The notes beneath the pieces are model-generated. The model was not told the DNA's origin, searched no databases, and saw only the letters and a list, made by a program, of their open reading frames with translations. A DNA stretch of 64,000 bases from Verrucomicrobiota bacterium (GTDB lineage Bacteria > Verrucomicrobiota > Verrucomicrobiia > Limisphaerales > J093): assembly GCA_040766265.1 (NCBI GenBank), contig JAXGQW010000015.1, positions 14,711 through 78,710 on the forward strand, in the 5' to 3' direction. The position numbers and the translations under genes were made by a program. Numbering within the stretch: the stretch's first letter is position 1; each line of letters starts with the position of its first letter. Shown one piece after another: positions 28,880 to 38,276 of the stretch.

Positions 28880-30331
28880 TCAGTTTTGAACCACCGTGTT
28901 CTCGGTCTGCCAACCGCCCCCCAGGGAACGGTAAAGGGAAACGACACTGAGCAGTTCGTTGAGCCGGGCCTGGGCTAAAGTCAACTCGGCACTAAACAAC
29001 TCCTGCTCGTTGTAGAGCACTTCGAGGTAACTGGTGACACCGCCTTCATAACGGACGTTCGCCAGTTCGGCTGCGTTCCGGTTGGCCTGTGTGTTCTCTT
29101 CCTGGCGCGCGCGGAATTCCCGCGTGCGTTGGTAGGCGATGAGGCTATCCGACACCTCGCGGAACGAGTTCTGCACGGTCTTCTGGTAATGGGCGAGCGC
29201 TTCCTGGAACGCCGCCTTCGCCAACTTCAGATTGCCTTTCAGGGCGCCGCCGGTGAACAACGGCATTGTCACGGCCGGGCCAAACTGCCAGGTCTGGGAG
29301 CCGCTCTTGAACAGATCGGACAGCGCCACCGACTGGAAGCCGTAGAGACCGGTGAGCGTTATCTTCGGGAAGAAAGCAGCCTTGGCTTGGCCAATGTCGG
29401 CGTTGGCGGCAATGAGTTGGTGTTCTGCGGCGCAGATGTCAGGCCGTCGCCCAATCAGGTCCGAGGGCAATCCGGGCGGCACGGTGGCATCGAGCCGCTG
29501 CCGCACGAAGCCTTCGCCGCGCTCGAGTAGCCCGGGATTCCGACCCAGGAGGATACACAGCTCGTTCTCCTGCTGTTCAATGCGTCGGTGGGTATCGGCA
29601 ATCGCCGCCTCGGCGGTGGCGGCCAGCACCTGCGCCTGATACACGTCCTGCATCGAGGAGACCCCGCCTTCCTGGCGTGCCTGCGTGAGGGCCATCGAGT
29701 TGGTGCGCACCGCATAAGTGCGCTCGGAGATCTCCAGTTCATAGTCCAATTCCAGCAAGCTCAAGTAAGCCGTCGCGACCTGGGCAACCAGCGTCTGTCG
29801 CACCGTCTGCTGCGCCGCCTCGGTGGCGAGGAGTTGGGCGCGAGCAGCCTCGTTTGCGCGGCGGATGCGGCCCCAAAGGTCCACCTCGTACCCCGCCATC
29901 GTCCCGTAAACACTGCCGTACTGTTTTTGCGGGTCGACGCCGGGCGGGATGGCGGAAGGACCATTCTCGGAGGCGCGAGTCGTGGCCCAGTCCGCGCCAA
30001 CTCCCACAGTCGGGAAGAACTGAGAACGCGTGACACGCGCCAGCGCCTCGGCCTGCAGCACGCGGGCGGCGGCGATCTGCACATCCCAATTGTGAGTGAG
30101 AGCTTCCGCGATATAGGCCTGGAGTTGCGGATCAGCCAGGACCTGCCACCAGCCCAGGTTGCCCAGCGAGGCAGTGGCGGCCAAGTCGTTCGTATCCGTC
30201 GCCGAAGCCCGGAACGCAGCCGGCGTGTTCAGGGCCGGGCGTTGGTAGTCTGGCCCAACCGCGCAGCCAAAGAAGAGAAGCGCTGCCAGACACAAGGCGA
30301 CACTGATGTCGCATTTCATTGCTGTTTTCAT
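28880..30331 (-). CDS. RND efflux outer membrane factor lipoprotein (NodT family)
   Basis: Lipobox LLFFGCAVGPDYQRP (canonical NodT N-terminus). Two coiled/barrel repeats. Start overlaps the RND stop by 1 nt (TGATG). Confidence 0.9.
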   Translation of the reverse strand: MKTAMKCDISVALCLAALLFFGCAVGPDYQRPALNTPAAFRASATDTNDLAATASLGNLGWWQVLADPQLQAYIAEALTHNWDVQIAAARVLQAEALARVTRSQFFPTVGVGADWATTRASENGPSAIPPGVDPQKQYGSVYGTMAGYEVDLWGRIRRANEAARAQLLATEAAQQTVRQTLVAQVATAYLSLLELDYELEISERTYAVRTNSMALTQARQEGGVSSMQDVYQAQVLAATAEAAIADTHRRIEQQENELCILLGRNPGLLERGEGFVRQRLDATVPPGLPSDLIGRRPDICAAEHQLIAANADIGQAKAAFFPKITLTGLYGFQSVALSDLFKSGSQTWQFGPAVTMPLFTGGALKGNLKLAKAAFQEALAHYQKTVQNSFREVSDSLIAYQRTREFRARQEENTQANRNAAELANVRYEGGVTSYLEVLYNEQELFSAELTLAQARLNELLSVVSLYRSLGGGWQTENTVVQN

Positions 30332-33300
30332 CAGTACGTCCCTTCAGGTTTGCTGGGTGGCGCCGGAGCGGCAGAATCGCTCGCGGGCAGCAACGATCCG
30401 GCGCCTGCGGCAGTCTCCAAGTCGCGCGAGCTGGACTTCACGGGTTGCTTCCTGCCAACGCGCTCGACCATCCGCTGCACAAACACATAGCAGACCGGGA
30501 TGATGAACAGACCCAGGGCTGTTGCGATCGTCATGCCAAAGACCACGCCGGTTCCCATCGTGCTGCGGGCGGCGGCGCCCGAACCCGTCGCCAGCATCAG
30601 CGGCACGCAGCCGAGAATGAAGGCGAAGGAGGTCATCAGGATCGGACGCAAACGGAGTCTTGATCCCTGGACCGCGGCCTCGAGGATTTCGACCCCTTCC
30701 TCGCGTTTCATCTTAGCGAACTCGACGATCAGGATGGCGTTCTTGGCCGCCAACCCGATGAGCATGACCAGGCCGATTTGCGCATAGACATTGAGATCGA
30801 ACTGCCGCGCCAACATGCCAACAAACGTCCCGAGCACGACCGTCGGCGTCGCCAGCAGCACCGCGAAGGGCAGGCCCCAGCTCTCATACTGCGCCGCGAG
30901 CAACAAGAACACGAACAGCACCGCCATGCCGAAGATGATCGGCGCCTGGCCCTCGGACTTCTTTTCCTGGAGGGTCAGGCCGGACCACTCATAGTCGGTG
31001 TCGCTCGGCATGGTCTTCATGACTTCCTCGATGGCCTTGATGGCTTGTCCGGAACTGTAGCCCGGCGCGGGCGCGCCCAACATTTCCGCCGCGTTGTAGA
31101 GGTTGAAGCGCGTGACGAAATTCGGACCGGACATCTTGCTGACCTTGACGAGCGTGCTGAGCGGCACCATCTGGGCGTCACTATTCCGGACATAGAACTG
31201 ACCGATGTCCTCCGGGTTGTTGGTAAACTCCGGTTCAGCCTGGAGGAACACCTTATAGACCCGTCCGAAGCGGATGAAGTCGTTCACGTAGAGCCCGCTC
31301 AAGTAGGTTTGGAGCGTCGCGAAGACGTTGTCCACCGTCACGCCGAGCGTGCGCGCCTTTTCGCGGTCCAGTTCGACCTTCACCTGGGGCGTCGCCGGAC
31401 TGAAGGTGGTACTGAGGCGACTGATTTCCGGACGTTGGGACACCGCTCGGGTGAGCTGCTCGACGTAGCCGGCGAGTTGCTGGATGCTGCCGCCGGAGCG
31501 GTCCTGCAACTGCAGAGTGAAGCCGGAGACGTTGCCATAGCCGGGCAACGGTGGGGGGCCGAAGGCGAAGACGCGCGCGCCTGGAATCGCGTAGAACTTC
31601 CGGTTCCATTCGCGCGCGAGGGCGCTGGCGTGCAAGGCGGGCGCCTTGCGCTCCTCCCACGGTTCGAGCCCGATGAACATGAGCGCGGCGTTGGGCACGT
31701 TGAGGGAGTTCAGAATGTTCATGCCGGCGAGGCCGACGGCGGACCGGACGCCGTGGGTCGTTCCCACGATCGTCTCCACCTGCTTGAGCACCGCATCCGA
31801 GCGTTGCAGGGAGGCCCCCTCCGGCAACTCGACGGCGACGAACAGGTAACCCTTGTCCTCGTCCGGAATGAATCCGCCCGGCACGAATTTGCTGATGATC
31901 CCTATCCCAACGACCACGGCGACCAGGAGCAGCATCGAACGGGCGGCTTTCCGGGCCAAGCCGCCGACGACGTTCCCATAGCTGGTGCTCAGCCAATCGA
32001 AGAACCGGTTGAATCCCTTGAAGAACGCCGCGATCGGCCCGCGCCCAGGCGTGGGTTTCTTGAGCAGCAGCGCGGACAGCGCGGGGCTCAGCGTCAACGC
32101 GTTAACGACCGAGAAGATTACGGCCACGGCGATCGTGAGCGCGAACTGGCTGTAGAGCTGGCCGGTCACGCCGCCCATGAACGCCACCGGCACGAATACG
32201 GCGCAGAGCACGAGCCCGATGGCAACGACCGGGCCGGACACCTCCTTCATCGCCTGCCGCGTGGCCTCGACGGGCGTCTTGCCGTGCTCGAGGTGATGCT
32301 GCACCGCTTCGACGACGACGATGGCGTCGTCCACCACAATGCCGATGGCGAGCACGAGGCCGAACATCGTGAGCACGTTCACGCTGAAGCCCAGCACCGG
32401 GAACATGATGAAGGCCCCCAACAGCGACACCGGAACCGTGCACATCGGGATAATCGTCGCGCGGAAACTCTGCAGAAACACGTAGACCACGATCAGCACC
32501 AGCACCACCGCCTCGAAGAGCGTGTGGACGATCTCCTCCATCGAAGCCTCGATGGGCAGCGTGGAATCGAGCGTGACATCGTATTCCATGTCGGGCGGGA
32601 ACCGCTGTTGCGCCTCCTTGAGGATCTTCTTCACGTCCTTCGCCGTCTGGATGGCGTTGGCGCCGGGGGCCAAGTAAATGCCGATCGCGCCCGCCGGGGA
32701 GGCGCTCGCCGGCGGTTTGGTGAGCCGCGCCTTCAGATCGTAGGTCTGCGCCCCCAGTTCCACGCGCGCCACGTCCCTGATTTTTACCTGCGAGCCGTCG
32801 GTGCCGGAACGGATGATGATCTCCTCGAACTCCTTGGGGTCTTTCAGCAAACCGAGAGCGCGAACGTTGAATTGGCCTTCCTGACCGGGCGGCGCGGGTT
32901 CGGCGCCGATGCGGCCGGCAGGCGCCTGGGCGTTCTGTTCCTTGATGGCGTTCTGGATGTCCTGGGGCGTGATGCCCAGCGAGGCCAGACGGTCGGGCCG
33001 CAGCCAGACGCGCATCGAGTAGTCCTGAGCGGTGAAGTTCTTGACGTCACCCACGCCCTTCACCCGCTTGATGGCATCCACCAGATTGATGTCGCAGTAG
33101 TTCCCCAGGAAGACCGCGTCATAGGTCCCCTCGGGTGAACTGAGCGCGACGACCATCAGAATGTCCGGACTGGAGCGATTCACCACCACGCCCTCCCGTT
33201 TGACCGCGTCGGGCAACTGCGCCTCCGCCTGGCCGACGCGGTTCTGGGTGTTCACCTGCATGATGTCCACGTCCGTGCCCACGTCGAAGTACACGTTGAG

Positions 33301-33567
33301 CGTCAGCTTGCCGTCGTTCGCGTTAAACGACTGGAGGTAGAGCAGTTTGTCCACCCCGTTGACCTTCGACTCGATGGGCGTGGCGACAGACTCCATGACC
33401 GCCTCGGCGGCGGCGCCGCGATAGGTCGTCGTCACCTGGATCATCGTCGGGCTGACCGGCGGATATTCGGAGATCGGCAGCCGTCCGAGGGTGATCAAAC
33501 CAACGATGACCGTCAGGATGGCGATCACCATCGCGACGATGGGACGTCGAATGAAGAACTCGGCCAT
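30331..33567 (-). CDS. RND multidrug efflux permease (HAE1/AcrB family)
   Basis: MAEFFIRRPIVAMVIAILTVIVG..., 1078 aa, 12-TM architecture with two large periplasmic loops. Confidence 0.95.
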   Translation of the reverse strand: MAEFFIRRPIVAMVIAILTVIVGLITLGRLPISEYPPVSPTMIQVTTTYRGAAAEAVMESVATPIESKVNGVDKLLYLQSFNANDGKLTLNVYFDVGTDVDIMQVNTQNRVGQAEAQLPDAVKREGVVVNRSSPDILMVVALSSPEGTYDAVFLGNYCDINLVDAIKRVKGVGDVKNFTAQDYSMRVWLRPDRLASLGITPQDIQNAIKEQNAQAPAGRIGAEPAPPGQEGQFNVRALGLLKDPKEFEEIIIRSGTDGSQVKIRDVARVELGAQTYDLKARLTKPPASASPAGAIGIYLAPGANAIQTAKDVKKILKEAQQRFPPDMEYDVTLDSTLPIEASMEEIVHTLFEAVVLVLIVVYVFLQSFRATIIPMCTVPVSLLGAFIMFPVLGFSVNVLTMFGLVLAIGIVVDDAIVVVEAVQHHLEHGKTPVEATRQAMKEVSGPVVAIGLVLCAVFVPVAFMGGVTGQLYSQFALTIAVAVIFSVVNALTLSPALSALLLKKPTPGRGPIAAFFKGFNRFFDWLSTSYGNVVGGLARKAARSMLLLVAVVVGIGIISKFVPGGFIPDEDKGYLFVAVELPEGASLQRSDAVLKQVETIVGTTHGVRSAVGLAGMNILNSLNVPNAALMFIGLEPWEERKAPALHASALAREWNRKFYAIPGARVFAFGPPPLPGYGNVSGFTLQLQDRSGGSIQQLAGYVEQLTRAVSQRPEISRLSTTFSPATPQVKVELDREKARTLGVTVDNVFATLQTYLSGLYVNDFIRFGRVYKVFLQAEPEFTNNPEDIGQFYVRNSDAQMVPLSTLVKVSKMSGPNFVTRFNLYNAAEMLGAPAPGYSSGQAIKAIEEVMKTMPSDTDYEWSGLTLQEKKSEGQAPIIFGMAVLFVFLLLAAQYESWGLPFAVLLATPTVVLGTFVGMLARQFDLNVYAQIGLVMLIGLAAKNAILIVEFAKMKREEGVEILEAAVQGSRLRLRPILMTSFAFILGCVPLMLATGSGAAARSTMGTGVVFGMTIATALGLFIIPVCYVFVQRMVERVGRKQPVKSSSRDLETAAGAGSLLPASDSAAPAPPSKPEGTY

Positions 33568-33571
33568 ACGG

Positions 33572-34783
33572 TTACTCCTTGCCGCGTTTGGCTTCGCCCT
33601 CTTTGGCAGCCTGGCCCGGCGCGTGTGGGACTTCGGCGGACGCAGCGGCTGCGGTCGCGGTCGCGGCCATTTCGGCGGCCGTGAAGGGCTTGACCTCGGC
33701 GCCTTCGCGAACCTTCTGCAAGCCTTCGACCACGATACGCTCGCCGGCCTTGAGGCCTTCCAGAATCAACAAACTGCCGCCGATCTGTCGGCTCACAGTG
33801 ACCGGGCGCTGCCCGGCCTTGTTGTCCGAACCGATGACCCACACGAAGTTCTTCCCCTGCAACTCAGCCACTGCCCGCTCGGGGACGAGAATCGAATTCT
33901 CACGGACGCCAAGATCCACGCGGATACGACCGAACATGCCCGGGCGCAGGACTTTCCGCAACGTCTCGCCCAGCTTGACGTCCGGATTGGTAAACTCGGC
34001 GCGCACGCGGAACGTGCCGGTCTTGACATCCACCGCGCGATCGATGAACACGAACTTGCCTGTGTCCGGATGCGCCGAGCCGTCGGCCAGGATGAGCGTG
34101 ACTGGCATGTCCTTCAACCGCTTGCCCGTGCGGCGCACCTCGGCTTCCGCTCTGAGATAGTCCACCTCGCTGACGCTGCAGTAAAACCAGATCGGGTCCA
34201 GCACCGAGATCGTGGCCATCAAGGTCGGTTGCCCTTTGCCGACCAACTCACCGATGGACACCTGCTTGGCGCCGATCAGCCCGGCGATTGGTGCGCGGAT
34301 GTCGCAGTAGCTCAGGTCCAGTTCGGCTGAGCTCACGCGGGCCTGGGCGGAGACCAGTGACGCCTTGCCGACGTCGACTGCGGCGAGCGCGTTGTCCAGG
34401 TCCTGCTGCGGCACCGCCTTCTTCTCGGCCAGCGGCTTGAGGCGCGCCACGTCCGCTTCGTTCTTCTTCAAAGCCGCCTCAGCCTCGCCGAGCATGCCCT
34501 TGGCGGCCTTGAGCCGTTCCTGGTAAGGCTTGTCATCGAGCTTGAAGAGGGGATCGCCCTTCTTCACGTCCGTGCCCTCGGTGAAGAGCATCTGATCCAC
34601 AAAACCCTCGACGCGCGCCCGGATTTCGACGTTCTGCGGCGAGTCCAATTGCCCGATGAACTCGGTGCTCAACGGCACGTTCGTGGGGGCGAGATCCATC
34701 ACAACGACCCCGGGCGGCGGCAAGGTTGGGGGCGGCGCTTTCCGACAGCCGCAAACAACCAACGTCGCCGCCGCGATCAGCAA
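33572..34783 (-). CDS. RND efflux periplasmic adaptor (MFP) lipoprotein, start uncertain
   Basis: LLIAAATLVVCGC lipobox, EFIGQLDSPQNVEIRARVEGFV, barrel-sandwich hybrid pattern. There is no ATG or GTG between the lipobox and the repeat array; TTG 34783 is the nearest start. The track ORF runs to 35083 through repeat units C-B-E. Confidence 0.85.
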   Translation of the reverse strand: MLIAAATLVVCGCRKAPPPTLPPPGVVVMDLAPTNVPLSTEFIGQLDSPQNVEIRARVEGFVDQMLFTEGTDVKKGDPLFKLDDKPYQERLKAAKGMLGEAEAALKKNEADVARLKPLAEKKAVPQQDLDNALAAVDVGKASLVSAQARVSSAELDLSYCDIRAPIAGLIGAKQVSIGELVGKGQPTLMATISVLDPIWFYCSVSEVDYLRAEAEVRRTGKRLKDMPVTLILADGSAHPDTGKFVFIDRAVDVKTGTFRVRAEFTNPDVKLGETLRKVLRPGMFGRIRVDLGVRENSILVPERAVAELQGKNFVWVIGSDNKAGQRPVTVSRQIGGSLLILEGLKAGERIVVEGLQKVREGAEVKPFTAAEMAATATAAAASAEVPHAPGQAAKEGEAKRGKE

Positions 34784-34822
34784 AGCGAGTCTCTCGGCGA
34801 CCCGGGTCCGCGGCCCACTCCC

Positions 34823-35062
34823 TAGCCCGGATTTCTCAATACCGCGAAGATGACAAAGAAATCCGGGCTGTGGCAAAACCGGGCCGGGACAGTGGAAAAT
34901 CAGGGTCTGGTCGCGCAGGAGAACGCAGTCGCAAACCGACACCCCGTTGCCTTTGTCCCTCCCTCCAGCCCGGCGCGGTTTTGCTTCGCTAGCGCGCATG
35001 AGCGCACTTTTCGACAACATCAGCTCCGCGTTCTTCAGAAGTTGGTGAGAAATGCGCGCTAG
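34823..35062. repeat. palindromic mosaic C - B(inverted) - E
   Basis: C 34823..34870 (TAGCCCGGATTTCT...AGAAATCCGGGCTG), B 34873..34984, E 34988..35062 (GCTAGCGCGCAT...ATGCGCGCTAG). Confidence 0.8.
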
Positions 35063-35114
35063 GTAGTTCCTCAGGTTCTTCATATCATTGACGTGACCTT
35101 CGGTTTGATGGCCC

Positions 35115-35573
35115 TCATTCTTTCCCGCGACAGGGGCAACTGGGCGCTACGGTGGGGCGGTGCGGTTTGACCAGGTTTCCTGTCGACCGCTCCGGCCCCA
35201 GGCAGCCAACCGTACAACGACCGAGTTGTACTCTGCCAAGCCAATCCTCGTCAAACATCGAGTCGGAGCCATGTTGAATGCGGCCGCTACGCAGCACGCG
35301 GCACTGTTCCGAGGTCAAGCGCACGATCGTTCGGAGGTGTCCGGATTGAGCAGCTTGGGCACCAAGCGTCGCTCCCAGGACCGTGCCAGCCAGACGCGGA
35401 ATTCCCAGTTTCCGGGTCTTCGCGGGCGAGAGATCCGTGACCAGCACCGCCGCGATCAGCGCGTAAAGCGGATGGGGAAGTCGCAAGAGCTGAGCGACGG
35501 TGACCGCCAGACCCGCCGCCACCGCCGCCCGGAGCGGCAATTGCAGAGCAGCCAGGGAGCTGAGACGATTCAT
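35115..35573 (-). CDS. FUSC/ArAE-like membrane protein fragment (only the first ~75 aa look homologous)
   Basis: LPLRAAVAAGLAVTVAQLLRLPHPLYALIAAVLVTDLSPAKTRKLGIPRLAGTVLGATLGA resembles FUSC-family N-termini. The remainder is not membrane-like. ATGA overlap with the upstream TRIC gene. Confidence 0.45.
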   Translation of the reverse strand: MNRLSSLAALQLPLRAAVAAGLAVTVAQLLRLPHPLYALIAAVLVTDLSPAKTRKLGIPRLAGTVLGATLGAQAAQSGHLRTIVRLTSEQCRVLRSGRIQHGSDSMFDEDWLGRVQLGRCTVGCLGPERSTGNLVKPHRPTVAPSCPCRGKE

Positions 35574-36343
35574 GCCTTGGGTCCAAGGGGTGTTGGGGCC
35601 GGCGGCTTAACTGCCTCGTCCATGGCGGCTTTTGACGCAGATTCGCTCCACAGGGAAGGCGACACCCAGTTGTACTGGATCGCGAGCATCCGCAACACGA
35701 AGGTGACAAGAATGGAGAGCAGGGCGGCAGGGGTTGCCTCCATCTCGATGCGCACGACCAGGAAAGCGAACAGCAGGCAGCCGGCAAACGCCGCCAGAAC
35801 GTAGAACTGGCCCGGCTTAAAGAGCAACGGCTCATCCCTCACCAGGACGTCCCGCAACAAGCTCCCGCCTGACGCGTTGATCACGCCCACGAGCACGGCC
35901 GCCGCGGTGCTCAGGCCAGCCTGCAAGGACTTCTGGACTCCCACGACCGCGTAGGCGCCCAGCCCCAAGGCATCGAGACAGGCGATGACTTGGTTGAGAC
36001 GCGAGACTCGGGACAGGAAGTATTCAATGCGCACCCCCCGCGAGTCGAACCAGGCGATCATCCTGAACCAGAGTATCAGCCGGGGGCGGAATAGCAGAGC
36101 GCAGCACCCGGCCAACACGATCATCAGCATGTAGCGTGAATCCGACGTGACCGCGGGCGGGCCCTGTTGGATGAAGAGGCCATCGCGTATCAAGCCCCCG
36201 CCGACACCTGTGACAAAGGTCAGCGCAAACAACCCGATCACATCGTATTCGCGTTTCAACGCGGCCAACGCGCCGGTCAGGCCAAAGAACAGGGTGGCGG
36301 CCAGATCGATCTGGATTGGCAAGTTGAATTGGCTGGCAGGCAT
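35570..36343 (-). CDS. trimeric intracellular cation channel (TRIC/UPF0126, YadS-like) family protein
   Basis: Two internal repeats with the Gly-rich motifs FVTGVGGGLIRD and VINASGGSLLRD. 7-TM pattern. Confidence 0.85.
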   Translation of the reverse strand: MPASQFNLPIQIDLAATLFFGLTGALAALKREYDVIGLFALTFVTGVGGGLIRDGLFIQQGPPAVTSDSRYMLMIVLAGCCALLFRPRLILWFRMIAWFDSRGVRIEYFLSRVSRLNQVIACLDALGLGAYAVVGVQKSLQAGLSTAAAVLVGVINASGGSLLRDVLVRDEPLLFKPGQFYVLAAFAGCLLFAFLVVRIEMEATPAALLSILVTFVLRMLAIQYNWVSPSLWSESASKAAMDEAVKPPAPTPLGPKA

Positions 36344-36456
36344 GAGGCAGATTCGACTTCAAGGAAGCGCGGCTTTGTCGGTCCGTTCAGATCGCATCCA
36401 TCTTGCGCAGCTTCGCTGACACGTCCACCGCCGACGTTCGAAAAGAAGGGCTGGCC

Positions 36457-36695
36457 AACCCGGATTTCTCGCCACTTGAAGGAGTAATCTGAAATCCGGG
36501 CTGTGGCAAAACCGCGCCCAGAGCGGGGAAAGCAACGATTCCGTGCGTCGGGATCGTGCTCGCCCAGCAGAACATTCTGTGGCTTTTCGTTCTCTCATCG
36601 GTCGGGGCGCGGTTTTGCTCTCTTAGCCTGCATTTGTACTTCTCCTGTGTGCTCCGGCTTCGCGTTGTCCAAAAGTGGTGAGAAATGCAGGCTAA
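36457..36695. repeat. palindromic mosaic C - B(inverted) - E
   Basis: C 36457..36503, B 36506..36618, E 36623..36695 (TTAGCCTGCATTT...AAATGCAGGCTAA, 13-14 bp perfect stem). Ends 5 nt from the porin stop codon. Confidence 0.8.
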
Positions 36696-36700
36696 GAGGT

Positions 36701-38185
36701 TCATCGCACCAGCTTGTACTGGAAGCTGACTTGGACGCGGTGATCGTCACCGCTGTTGCCGTTTTGGGCCTCTTTGAGTCCGTACAGATACTCCAGGCCC
36801 ACATAGAAGTTCTTCGTGGGGGCCCAAATGAGGTTGGCCTGGGTGTAATGGGTCTGCTCGTAGGCCAAGTCTCCCTGTTCCGGCCGGCCGTCCAGCCTGA
36901 CGTAGCCATAACTGACGGTCGACCGCCATTTCTCGCTCCATTGGTGGCGGTAACCAATCATCGCTCCCCAGGCGGTGAGCAGGTGCAGGTTGCCGAAAGC
37001 GTCGACGACGCCGGCGCTGCCACTGGGAAGGTCCTGGATGTAGCGGCCGATGCCTTCGCCGTAGGTGAAACTGCCCACCAGATTGTCCGCGCCGAACGTC
37101 TTCAGCATGCCGGAAAGGTTCAATCCCCACCCCACTCCGGAGTCGTCGGCCCCACCGCTGGCGTCGAACGAGAGGCTGCGCACGACACCCCCGAGTTGGA
37201 CATGGCCGACCTTGCCCTCCCACCGCCAGTTGCCGGCGAAATCCGGCATCGTGTTGCGCCCGTCGGCGCCCTCAGGAAGGTTGCTCAAATCGCTCTTGGG
37301 CTGTTCGATGGCGAGCGCCGTGTACATCGCTTGCGCCTTGAGCGGAATGGTGTAGCGCAGTTCCGGCTGACGCAGCACTGGCAGCACGCCGGGGCCCTCG
37401 AAATCCAGTGTGTCCGGAAACACGTCCGGATCGTAGAAGGTGCTCCACGTCTGGCCGACTGTGACGTTTGCCACCTGGCCGTAGAAATGTCGCAGCCGAT
37501 AATCCATGGAAGGTTCCGTGTTGTTACCGAAGAAGTCGTTCTCGTAGTAGATCTTCAGGGAGCCGATCGGGGTCGGCGAACGCAGTTCCAGATTCAGGCG
37601 GGTTTGCTTGGCGTGCATGGCAAAGTGCTCATCCTTGCCATAGTCTGTTTCGCCTTCGACCGGAATCTTGGACGTGATGAACATGTTTGGGTTCCCCACC
37701 TTGGAGGAATCGACGATGGCGTCGAGCTTGGCGTAGCCGCCCAACTTGACCCAGGTCTTGGTGCCAAACAGTTGCATGAAACCCTGATAGCTCGGATCGA
37801 GCGGGGCGTTGCCGGGACGAGGAGCGCTGAGATCGTCTTCCTTGATCGTGTCCTGGTAGGGAATCTGCGTGGTGTCATCCGCCAATTCATCGCCGGGAGG
37901 CGGAACCTTCGGCTTCAGGTCAGCGCCCGGTTGTGTCGAAGGTAAGATCCCGACGGGCACCGGCTCTTGGGGCACGGGCTGCACGGGGGGAGGAGCAGGC
38001 TTTGGTTGCTTCTCCAGGTCAGCGATTCGGCGATTCAGTTCCTGGATGGTCTGTTCCATCGCATTCACCATCGACTTGAGTTTCTCCAATTCGCTGGCGT
38101 CCTGCCCATGAACCATCCCGGTCGGACCAGCCGCCAGGACGCTCCCAGCCAAGACAAGGGTTCTCACGAATGAGTTCGTTATCAT
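36701..38185 (-). CDS. outer membrane porin with N-terminal coiled coil (DcaP-like)
   Basis: Signal peptide, coiled coil ASELEKLKSMVNAMEQTIQELNRRIADLEKQ, Pro-rich linker, then a ~380-aa beta-barrel-like region. Confidence 0.65.
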   Translation of the reverse strand: MITNSFVRTLVLAGSVLAAGPTGMVHGQDASELEKLKSMVNAMEQTIQELNRRIADLEKQPKPAPPPVQPVPQEPVPVGILPSTQPGADLKPKVPPPGDELADDTTQIPYQDTIKEDDLSAPRPGNAPLDPSYQGFMQLFGTKTWVKLGGYAKLDAIVDSSKVGNPNMFITSKIPVEGETDYGKDEHFAMHAKQTRLNLELRSPTPIGSLKIYYENDFFGNNTEPSMDYRLRHFYGQVANVTVGQTWSTFYDPDVFPDTLDFEGPGVLPVLRQPELRYTIPLKAQAMYTALAIEQPKSDLSNLPEGADGRNTMPDFAGNWRWEGKVGHVQLGGVVRSLSFDASGGADDSGVGWGLNLSGMLKTFGADNLVGSFTYGEGIGRYIQDLPSGSAGVVDAFGNLHLLTAWGAMIGYRHQWSEKWRSTVSYGYVRLDGRPEQGDLAYEQTHYTQANLIWAPTKNFYVGLEYLYGLKEAQNGNSGDDHRVQVSFQYKLVR

Positions 38186-38276
38186 AGGCGACTTCTGGTG
38201 ATGTGTTGAGTTGTTCGTTGTGTGATTGATAGGATGACTGGACTTCGATCGACTTGCGTGCGTGGTTCTTCCTGGT

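Noticed and set aside
30778-33138. 786-aa + ORF inside the RND permease gene
   Set aside because: Antisense shadow with Arg/Glu/His-rich low-complexity translation. The minus frame is a full-length AcrB-type protein.
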